Positions 17,485 through 24,565 of a DNA stretch of 33,221 nt are shown here, piece after piece; position 1 is the first letter of the stretch, and each line of letters begins with the position of its first letter. The DNA lies in NCBI GenBank assembly GCA_035360795.1, contig DAOSBJ010000005.1:1-33221 (forward strand). The letters run 5' to 3'. The DNA is from Minisyncoccota bacterium. Lineage in GTDB: Bacteria > Patescibacteriota > Minisyncoccia > UBA6257. The position numbers and the translations under genes were made by a program. Under the pieces are notes generated by a model. It made no database searches. It saw nothing but the letters and a program-made list of their open reading frames with translations, and was not told the DNA's origin.

Positions 17485-18875
17485 ATTTTTGGTCCTTTAG
17501 CTGTATCTTCAATTAAATATCCTAATTTTTGTACTTGCTGTCTAATTTCATCAGCTTTTTTAAAATCTTTCTTCTTGCGGTATTCTTCTCGTTTTTTAAC
17601 CAATTCAGTAATCTTTTTAGGAAGTTTAAATAATCCTACTTCTTTAAGATTTAAACCGAAAACTTTATCCCAATCTAAGATTAAAGCATAAACTTTTTTA
17701 GAATCAAATTTAGATGGATTTTTATTATAATCTTTAATAAGTTTCCATAAAACGCTTAAGGCTTTTGGTATATTTAAATCGTTTTCGATTGCTTTTTTGA
17801 ATTCTTGTTGGTATTTTTTAAGACTAACTGTTTGTTTCCCCGAAGTCTTTTGTTCTATTAAAATTTTTCGTATAAATTCTCTTAATTTTTCCAACGAGAT
17901 TTGGGCTGCCTCTAATCCTTTGAAGGTAAAATTAAACCTCTGGCGATAGTGAGCGGTTAAAAAAAGATATCTTAAGCTTAAAGGCTCATATCCTTTATTT
18001 TCGAGGTCCTTTAGGGTATAGAAATTTTTGAGAGATTTGGACATTTTCTGTCCTTCAACCTGTAAAAATCTAGGATGAAACCAATATCTGACAAATTTTT
18101 TTCCCGTGGCAGTTTCTGCTTGAGCTATTTCTGATTCATGATGGGGGAAAATATTATCTTCTCCGCCAGTATGAATATCAAAACTTTCTCCTAAATATTT
18201 CATCGACATTGCCGAACATTCGATATGCCAGCCAGGAAAACCTCTGCCCCAAGGTGAGTCCCACTCCATTTGTCTTTTTACTCCTAAAGGAGTAAATTTC
18301 CATAGAGCAAAATCTGCCGGATGTTTTTTTTGGGGATTAACTTCAATCCTGACTCCGGCTTTTAGTTTTTCTAAAGTATTGCCGGAAAGTTGACCATATT
18401 TCGGATATTTTGAAACATCAAAGTAAACTCCATCATCAATAATATAAGCTGCGCCTTTTTCATTGATTTTTTCTATTAGATTTATCATCTCTTGTATATG
18501 GTCAGTTGCCTTGCAAATAACAGCTGGCTCCAACATATTCATTTTTTTTCGATTTAAAAGAAAAATTTCAGTAAAATATTGGGCAATTTCAAAAGCAGTT
18601 TTTCTATGTTTTTGAGCGCTTTTTTCAACTTTATCCTGGCCAGTATCAGCATCTGAAGTTAGATGACCAACATCGGTGATATTCATTATATGAGTTACTT
18701 TATAGCCTAAGTATTCAAGGGTTCGGCGCAATAAATCAGCCATCGTGTAGTTCCAGGCGTGGCCGAGGTGGTCATAATCATAAACAGTTGGTCCGCAAGT
18801 ATAAAGACCGACTTTTTTGTCTTTTAACGGTTTAAAGACTTCGATTTTTTTAGTAAGAGTATTATAAATTTTCAT
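17448..18875 (-). CDS. cysS: Cysteine--tRNA ligase
   Basis: 475 aa with a HIGH-type motif (HLGHAWNY) and KMSKS. Its 3' end overlaps the dnaB start by 37 nt. Confidence 0.95.
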   Translation of the reverse strand: MKIYNTLTKKIEVFKPLKDKKVGLYTCGPTVYDYDHLGHAWNYTMADLLRRTLEYLGYKVTHIMNITDVGHLTSDADTGQDKVEKSAQKHRKTAFEIAQYFTEIFLLNRKKMNMLEPAVICKATDHIQEMINLIEKINEKGAAYIIDDGVYFDVSKYPKYGQLSGNTLEKLKAGVRIEVNPQKKHPADFALWKFTPLGVKRQMEWDSPWGRGFPGWHIECSAMSMKYLGESFDIHTGGEDNIFPHHESEIAQAETATGKKFVRYWFHPRFLQVEGQKMSKSLKNFYTLKDLENKGYEPLSLRYLFLTAHYRQRFNFTFKGLEAAQISLEKLREFIRKILIEQKTSGKQTVSLKKYQQEFKKAIENDLNIPKALSVLWKLIKDYNKNPSKFDSKKVYALILDWDKVFGLNLKEVGLFKLPKKITELVKKREEYRKKKDFKKADEIRQQVQKLGYLIEDTAKGPKICLLKKNYHHKI

Positions 18876-18894
18876 TTTAATCTCTAATTAATCT

Positions 18895-19803
18895 TCAAAT
18901 CATTTTTTTCTTTTTAAGGATTAGGTAGAGAATAATAGCGGGAACAAAAGCCACTGTGAGAATAAGAAAATAATCATACGGCTTGCCTCTAATAGGTAAA
19001 TATTGAACATTCATTTGGAAAGAACTAATAATAATTAAAGCCGGCCAGCCAACAAAAGAGACAATGGTATAAATCTTGGTTAAAAGATTAATTTTATATT
19101 CGATATAGGAATTATTGGTATTTTCCAAAGACTCAATCGTATCTTTAAAACCTTCAATAATATTGTCAACTCTTAAACTTTCTCCCATTAAATCTTCAAA
19201 ATAAATTTTTGAACCTTCGCCCAAAATCATTGGTCCCCTTCGCACTAAAGAATTAATATCTTCTTTTAAATAGCGAAAAATTCTTCTGAAATTCAAGATA
19301 TCTCTTTTAGTATAGGAAATTAGGGGTATAACCTGGTGGTGTTTGCCGGCAAAAATTTCTTCTTCAATTCTGTTCATTTTTTCTTGAATATGAATAATTT
19401 GACGCATCGCAAAATTCAGATACTGAGTGAAGATAAAATAAAAAAGTTTTGAGACTTCATTTAAATAATTTTCTTCAAAATCTTTCTGATAAACTTTTTC
19501 CAAAATTTCTTGATGAGCATCTATCATTGGGCCATAAGAAGAGGTAATTAAAGAATGTTTCGTAATGATAATATCTAATTCCCAAGGGACAGATGTTTGT
19601 TTTATAGGGTCCCAGTAAGGAAAGTGGGTCACTATATAAATATAATCTTTATAAATTTCTGCTTTGGAACGTTGGCTTGGCACCCCTAATTCGTGAACAA
19701 TTAAAGGGTGTAATTTATAATTTTTAGCCACATATTCTAAATCTTCTTTTGTTGGGTTATGAATGTCTACCCAGATAATTTTACCTCTAAAGACTTGTTT
19801 CAT
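18895..19803 (-). CDS. corA: CorA-family divalent cation transporter with a variant signature (QMN instead of GMN)
   Basis: 302 aa. It has a CorA-like cytoplasmic domain and two C-terminal TM helices. The signature position reads SSFQMNVQYLP. Confidence 0.75.
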   Translation of the reverse strand: MKQVFRGKIIWVDIHNPTKEDLEYVAKNYKLHPLIVHELGVPSQRSKAEIYKDYIYIVTHFPYWDPIKQTSVPWELDIIITKHSLITSSYGPMIDAHQEILEKVYQKDFEENYLNEVSKLFYFIFTQYLNFAMRQIIHIQEKMNRIEEEIFAGKHHQVIPLISYTKRDILNFRRIFRYLKEDINSLVRRGPMILGEGSKIYFEDLMGESLRVDNIIEGFKDTIESLENTNNSYIEYKINLLTKIYTIVSFVGWPALIIISSFQMNVQYLPIRGKPYDYFLILTVAFVPAIILYLILKKKKMI

Positions 19804-19826
19804 AGCAATAAATTTATTTTAATACT

Positions 19827-19855
19827 ATTTTACCAACTCGAAGCCAAAAGCACAA
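19827..19855 (-). promoter_or_regulatory. Putative corA operon promoter (extended -10)
   Basis: On the minus strand, TTGTGC (19855-19850) is followed by a 17-nt spacer ending in TGg, then TAAAAT (19832-19827). Confidence 0.4.
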
Positions 19856-19921
19856 CCAACTTTGGGGATAAAAAGGGGATAGAAATAAGCGGCAAGAGAC
19901 GTCTATTTCTAATCTTTTCTT

Positions 19922-19963
19922 AAAATCTTTTTTTGTTGACGATCGTCAACAAAAAAAGATTTT
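19922..19963. repeat. Perfect 42-bp palindrome centred on CGATCG
   Basis: aaaatctttttttgttgacga|tcgtcaacaaaaaaagatttt. All 21 positions pair with no mismatch. It lies in the divergent corA/hrcA intergenic region. Confidence 0.9.
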
Positions 19964-19982
19964 TTAAGCGTTTGGTTCTTTT

Positions 19983-20030
19983 TATCTTTTATACTTTTTA
20001 TCTTTTATACTTTGTATCTTTTATAATTGT
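19983..20030 (+). repeat. Three tandem 16-bp AT-rich direct repeats
   Basis: tatcttttatactttt / tatcttttatactttg / tatcttttataattgt, head to tail, about 40 bp upstream of the hrcA -35 box. Confidence 0.85.
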
Positions 20031-20059
20031 AATAAAAAGAAGGAGGAAGAACAAGACAA

Positions 20060-20086
20060 TTAGCACTCTTGACTTTTAATTGCTAA
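20060..20086. promoter_or_regulatory. CIRCE operator (HrcA binding site) at the hrcA promoter
   Basis: TTAGCACTC-N9-AATTGCTAA matches the consensus TTAGCACTC-N9-GAGTGCTAA at 16 of 18 positions. The -35 TTGACT (20069-20074) lies inside the spacer. The -10 TAAAAT is at 20091-20096 after a 16-nt spacer. Confidence 0.8.
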
Positions 20087-20111
20087 TGAGTAAAATATAG
20101 GGGTAAGGAGT

Positions 20112-20822
20112 ATGATAATAATAAAAGAGGAATTTCAAAAAAGAAAGAAAAGAATTCTCCAAAAGGTAGTCAGTTCTTATTTGGAAAAAGGCGAGCCAGT
20201 GGCTTCTAGTTTTTTGGTTTATCGTTATCACTTGGATTTAAGTTCAGCAACGATTAGAAATGATTTTCAAAGACTGAGCAAAGAAGGCTATCTTTACAAA
20301 TGCCATATCTCGAGTGGTCGCTTACCAACTGATAAGGCTTTAAAGTTTTTTATTTCCAATATTCTTGAAAGCGGCGAGATAGACCAGTGGAAGCATAGAT
20401 GGTTTGAAAAGTTAAAAGAAAGAATTTCAATGTTAAAAGATTTTGACAAGTTAGCTGAATTTTTATCAGAAGAAACAAAATCGTTTAGTTTTTTTTATCT
20501 TTCCGATGAAGACTTCTTAGTTAAGAAAGGTCTACGATATCTTTTTGCTAATATTGATAATAGCCGAAATAATGTTTTAGAATTAATAGAAGAAGTTGCT
20601 GAATCGCTTGAAAAGTTCGACAAACAGATTAAAAACTTAAAGATAGAAGATAGTCCCTTAGTTTATATCGGAAGAGAGAATCCCTTTGTTAAAATTGATT
20701 GTCTGAGTTTTTTGGGAGAAAAATCGCATTCTAAAAATGGAATTTTTGGTATCTTAGGTTCTAAAAGAATGCCTTATGAGAAAAATTTAGGATTAATTAA
20801 GGCGGTATCTGAATTAGTGTAA
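20112..20822 (+). CDS. hrcA: Heat-inducible transcription repressor HrcA (short form, 236 aa)
   Basis: The N-terminal winged-helix region (RKKRILQKVVSSYLEKGEPVASSFLV...SSATIRNDFQRLSKEGYL) is HrcA-like. The gene sits first in a grpE-dnaK operon, is preceded by CIRCE, and has an AAGGAG Shine-Dalgarno sequence. Confidence 0.85.
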   Translation: MIIIKEEFQKRKKRILQKVVSSYLEKGEPVASSFLVYRYHLDLSSATIRNDFQRLSKEGYLYKCHISSGRLPTDKALKFFISNILESGEIDQWKHRWFEKLKERISMLKDFDKLAEFLSEETKSFSFFYLSDEDFLVKKGLRYLFANIDNSRNNVLELIEEVAESLEKFDKQIKNLKIEDSPLVYIGRENPFVKIDCLSFLGEKSHSKNGIFGILGSKRMPYEKNLGLIKAVSELV

Positions 20823-20839
20823 AAAGTTTTTTAACTAAT

Positions 20840-21361
20840 ATGGCTAATGAAGAAAGAAAAGAGGAAAAAACCGAAAAAGAGGAGAGTTTAAAAGAAGAAT
20901 TAGATAAGTTAAAAAAGGAGAAAGAAGAACTATTTAATGATTGGCAGAAAGCGCGAGCAGAGTTGATTAATTACAAGAAAGAGGAAAAAGAAAGGCTGTC
21001 AGAAGTAATTCGTTTTTCCAATGAGAGGATTATCAAGGAACTGATAACAGTCTTGGATAGTTTCGAATTGGCTTTGAATAGTTTGAAAAATGAAGAAGAA
21101 TCGATGAAAGAAAAATACTTGAAAGGAGTTATTTTAATCAAAAGCCAATTAGAAGAAATACTGAAAAGAGAAGGACTGGAAGAAATTCCAGTGGAAAAAG
21201 GAAAAATACCGGATTTAAACTATATGGAAATAGTTTCAGAAATAGTTACAAATCGCTATCCAAAAAATACGGTGGCAGAAGTTTTTCAGAAAGGATATCT
21301 TTTAAATGGTAAAATGCTGCGACCGGCGAGAGTGGCAGTAGAAAAAGAAATTAAAAATTAA
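20840..21361 (+). CDS. grpE: Nucleotide exchange factor GrpE
   Basis: 173 aa. A coiled-coil N-terminus is followed by the GrpE core (RAELINYKKE...; GYLLNGKMLRPARV). Confidence 0.93.
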   Translation: MANEERKEEKTEKEESLKEELDKLKKEKEELFNDWQKARAELINYKKEEKERLSEVIRFSNERIIKELITVLDSFELALNSLKNEEESMKEKYLKGVILIKSQLEEILKREGLEEIPVEKGKIPDLNYMEIVSEIVTNRYPKNTVAEVFQKGYLLNGKMLRPARVAVEKEIKN

Positions 21362-21390
21362 AATTAAAATTAAAATTAATTATAACTACT

Positions 21391-23313
21391 ATGTCTAAAG
21401 TATTAGGAATTGATTTGGGAACATCTATTGCAAAAATGGCTTCCATTGTTAATGGCGAGCCAAAATGTTTAGAATCAAGAGAGGGTTCAATTTTGATTCC
21501 CTCGGTTGTCGCTTTAACCAAAAATAATGAAAGGTTGGTTGGTGAATTAGCAAAAAGACAAGCAGTTACTAACCCTAAAAATACTATCTTTGAAGTGAAA
21601 AGATTCATTGGCAGAAAATACGACGACCCAGAAATCCAGAAAGAATTAAAAAACCTTCCTTATGAGACAAGAAAGGCTGCTGATGGTTCAGTTGAAGTAA
21701 AGATGGGAGATAAGTGGTATTCGCCGATTGAAATTTCTTCAATGATTCTGCAAAAAATCAAAATAGACGCCGAGGATAAATTGTCAGATAAAGTAGAAAA
21801 AGTTGTCATCACTTGTCCGGCAAATTTTGATGACAGCCAAAGAAAGGCAACAAAAACAGCAGCGGAGATTGCCGGTTTTGAAGTTTTAAGGGTAATTAAT
21901 GAACCAACAGCCGCGGCTCTGTCTTATGGTTTAGGAAAAAAACAATCACAAAAAGTTTTAGTTTATGACTTTGGAGGCGGAACTTTTGATGTAACAATCT
22001 TAGAGGTAGCACCAGAAACTGTTGAAGTACTTGCTACTGGGGGTGAACCGCATTTAGGCGGAAAAGATTTTGACCAGCGGATAATTAATTGGTTAATAGA
22101 AGAATTCAAAAAAGAACAGGGATTTGATTTGTCAAAAGACCCTTTGGCTTTGCAAAGAGTAAAAGAAGCAGCAGAAAAAGCAAAAATTGAACTTTCTTCA
22201 GTTTTGGAAACAGAGATAAATCTTCCCTATATTACGGCTGATGAAAACGGGCCGAAACATTTGTATTACAAATTAAAGCGCGCTCAATTTGAGAATTTGG
22301 TAAATGATTTAATTGAGAAATCAATTGAAAGGGTAAAAAAGACTTTAGAAGAAGTAAAGCTAGATAAAAGCCAGATAGATGAAATAGTATTAGTAGGGGG
22401 AACGACTTTAATCCCAAAAGTCAGGGAAACAGTAAAAAACTTTTTTGGCAAAGAGCCAAACAAATCAATTAATCCGGAAGAAATTGTAGCAATCGGCGCC
22501 GCAATTGAGGCAGAGATTATCACCGCTTCCCAGGAAAAGAGAGTGCCAGAAGGAGAAATCAAAAATGTTCTTCTTTTGGATGTTTTGCCACTGTCATTGG
22601 GAATTGAAACTTTAGGTGGAATTAATACAATTATGATTCCAAAAAATACTACTATTCCAGTTTCAAAAACCCAAATTTTTTCCACTGCCAGCGATAATCA
22701 AACCTCAGTCGAAATAAATGTTTTACAAGGTGAAAGACCAATGGCTAATGATTGTCGAAGTTTGGGTAAATTTATCTTAGATGGTATTCCGCCAGCCCCT
22801 CGAGGTCTTCCTCAAATTGAGGTGACTTTTGACATTGATGCCAATGGAATTTTATCAGTAACTGCAAAAGATAAAGCGACTTCAAAATCACAATCAGTAA
22901 AAATTGAAGGTTCAAGCGGTTTGTCAAAAGAAGAAGTAGAGAGATTAAAGAGAGAAGCAGAAATGTATGCCGAAGAAGATAAAAAGAAAAAGGAATTAGT
23001 TGAAGTGCGGAATAATGCCGAAAACTTAATCTATACAGCGGAAAAAACTTTAAATGACGCCAAAGGCAAAATTTCCGATGATTTGGTAAAAAGGGTTGAA
23101 GAAAAGATAAAAGAGTTGAAAGAAATAAAGGATAAAGATGATAAAGAGGCGATAGAGACAAAAATTAAAGAATTTTCTCAAATTCTTTCTGAGATCGGCC
23201 AAGAACTTTATAAAAATCAACAGACTGGCCCTTCTCAATCTCAATCAGCGCCGGAAGAAAAAACTGAAGAAGATAAAGAAAAACCAAAAGACGCAGACTT
23301 TAAAGAAGAATAA
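21391..23313 (+). CDS. dnaK: Molecular chaperone DnaK (Hsp70)
   Basis: 640 aa with Hsp70 signatures [15 protein letters not shown] and [12 protein letters not shown]. Confidence 0.97.
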   Translation: MSKVLGIDLGTSIAKMASIVNGEPKCLESREGSILIPSVVALTKNNERLVGELAKRQAVTNPKNTIFEVKRFIGRKYDDPEIQKELKNLPYETRKAADGSVEVKMGDKWYSPIEISSMILQKIKIDAEDKLSDKVEKVVITCPANFDDSQRKATKTAAEIAGFEVLRVINEPTAAALSYGLGKKQSQKVLVYDFGGGTFDVTILEVAPETVEVLATGGEPHLGGKDFDQRIINWLIEEFKKEQGFDLSKDPLALQRVKEAAEKAKIELSSVLETEINLPYITADENGPKHLYYKLKRAQFENLVNDLIEKSIERVKKTLEEVKLDKSQIDEIVLVGGTTLIPKVRETVKNFFGKEPNKSINPEEIVAIGAAIEAEIITASQEKRVPEGEIKNVLLLDVLPLSLGIETLGGINTIMIPKNTTIPVSKTQIFSTASDNQTSVEINVLQGERPMANDCRSLGKFILDGIPPAPRGLPQIEVTFDIDANGILSVTAKDKATSKSQSVKIEGSSGLSKEEVERLKREAEMYAEEDKKKKELVEVRNNAENLIYTAEKTLNDAKGKISDDLVKRVEEKIKELKEIKDKDDKEAIETKIKEFSQILSEIGQELYKNQQTGPSQSQSAPEEKTEEDKEKPKDADFKEE

Positions 23314-23336
23314 AAAGGTGGTATAATTGAACTAGT

Positions 23337-24326
23337 ATGTTAGAACAAAACACTTCGAAGGGAAGTGATATTTATCGGATTTATAGATTAGCCCAAAAAG
23401 ATATCAAAGGCTTTTATAAATCAATTCTTTTAATCGTAATTCTGGCGGCGATTTTCGCTTTTTTTTCGCTTTTGGCTATAAATACAATTAAAAATTTTAC
23501 TCTTTTTTCTTTAATAAGCAGTGTAATATTGGGACTTTTGGGTTTTGCTCTTTTAACTATCTTCGCTTTATCTGCCGAATCTAAATATATTTTTTTTGGA
23601 TTAATTATTTTTTCTTTTTCTTTCTTTTTGCCTATTTTTTTATTTAAGTTTTTTGAAGTTTATCTTTGGTATGTAATTCTTAGTGTTTTTATTCTTTTAG
23701 GATTGTATTGTTTAAGCATTAAAGGAGAATCAAATGTTTTAATTAATTTGAATTGGCCGCGAATAGTAAAAAAAGGTTCAATTTTTTTAAGTTGGGCAGT
23801 GGTAATTCTGTTAATCTTTTTCTTTTTCTTTGTATTTACTAGCCAAGGTGAAGAAATAAAAAACAAACTTAGCGGGGGTTTAGATTTTGTTTTAAGCCGA
23901 TTTATAAAAACCCCAGAAGGAATAACTTTTTCCGGCACTGTTGACGATTTGCTTAAAGGATTTATTGCAAAACAAAAAGTAGAGGCGCCGGAAAAAACAA
24001 AAAAAACTCTTGAGGAGTCTTTATTGAAAGAAACAAAGGCAAAGTTAAGCGATTTTTTATCAGTGCCTTTAAAAGGAGATGAAAAGATTAGTTTGGTTTT
24101 AATAGATTCTGTATTTAACAAATGGCAAACTCTTTCTCCTGTTTTAAAGTGGGTTTTTTATTTTATTATTTTCTTGATACTTTATTCGCTAGTAAGTTTG
24201 TTTAATTTTGTTTTTTCTTATATAGTGATTATTTTTAGTTGGATGATGAAAGAAATACTGGTAAGTTTGAAAATTGTCAGAACAGAAAGCAAGGGAATAG
24301 AAAAAGAATTTTTAACTTTAGAGTAA
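23337..24326 (+). CDS. Hypothetical polytopic membrane protein
   Basis: 329-aa ORF with roughly 6 hydrophobic helices and a charged central loop. It contains no motif I recognise and sits between dnaK and dnaJ. Confidence 0.55.
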   Translation: MLEQNTSKGSDIYRIYRLAQKDIKGFYKSILLIVILAAIFAFFSLLAINTIKNFTLFSLISSVILGLLGFALLTIFALSAESKYIFFGLIIFSFSFFLPIFLFKFFEVYLWYVILSVFILLGLYCLSIKGESNVLINLNWPRIVKKGSIFLSWAVVILLIFFFFFVFTSQGEEIKNKLSGGLDFVLSRFIKTPEGITFSGTVDDLLKGFIAKQKVEAPEKTKKTLEESLLKETKAKLSDFLSVPLKGDEKISLVLIDSVFNKWQTLSPVLKWVFYFIIFLILYSLVSLFNFVFSYIVIIFSWMMKEILVSLKIVRTESKGIEKEFLTLE

Positions 24327-24360
24327 GAAGTGGAAAGACAATATCATTATTCATTTTTTA

Positions 24361-24517
24361 CCAGTCCAAGTGAATAAGCTCTCGCTACCGTTCGCTCGCC
24401 CAGCGTGCTCGCTCTCTGGCGCTGCTCGCTCGCTCCCGAGCACTCAACTGCGTTGAGTGCTCGGACCATGCCCGCTCGCTCGCAGAGCCGCGCTACGAAC
24501 TTATTCACTTGGACTGG
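24361..24517. other. GC-rich 157-bp island bounded by perfect 18-bp inverted repeats (candidate MITE-like element or structured RNA)
   Basis: ccagtccaagtgaataag (24361-24378) is the exact reverse complement of cttattcacttggactgg (24500-24517). The interior is about two-thirds G+C by hand count, in a strongly AT-rich context. CTCGC occurs 7 times on the + strand. There is a central perfect 13-bp hairpin. Confidence 0.8.
24437..24463. promoter_or_regulatory. CIRCE-like inverted repeat (cGAGCACTC-N9-GAGTGCTCg) upstream of dnaJ
   Basis: It matches the CIRCE consensus at 14 of 18 positions. The inner 7 nt of each half-site (AGCACTC / GAGTGCT) and the 9-nt spacing are exact. The spacer aactgcgtt extends the pairing to a 13-bp stem with a 3-nt loop. 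Confidence 0.5.
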
Positions 24518-24565
24518 AAATAGTTTAATATAAATTGCAGTTGAAGTTCTTACAAATAAAATTTT

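Noticed and set aside
19804-20111. oriC-like reading of the corA/hrcA divergent region (AT-rich 16-mers resembling DUE repeats, a GATC in the palindrome, one near-consensus DnaA box at 19863-19871)
   Set aside because: There is only one one-mismatch DnaA box. The minus-strand block is just 4.4 kb, so the strand switch is local. Nothing can be verified without genome-wide GC skew. I reported the repeats themselves without an origin claim.
21353-21385. (AAATTA)n hexamer microsatellite giving five in-frame TAA stops after grpE
   Set aside because: This is simple low-complexity A/T DNA at a gene junction. Tandem stops are a trivial by-product of the repeat, and I see no evidence of function.
22232-23244. 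Several antisense ORFs (61-133 aa) inside dnaK
   Set aside because: They are nested in the dnaK coding frame, and their leucine/serine-rich translations have no motifs. I treat them as shadow ORFs.
24374-24523. Open frame of about 50 codons running through the GC-rich island
   Set aside because: It has no ATG, GTG or TTG at its start. The only internal ATG would give a 21-aa peptide with no ribosome-binding context. The composition is better explained by a non-coding element.
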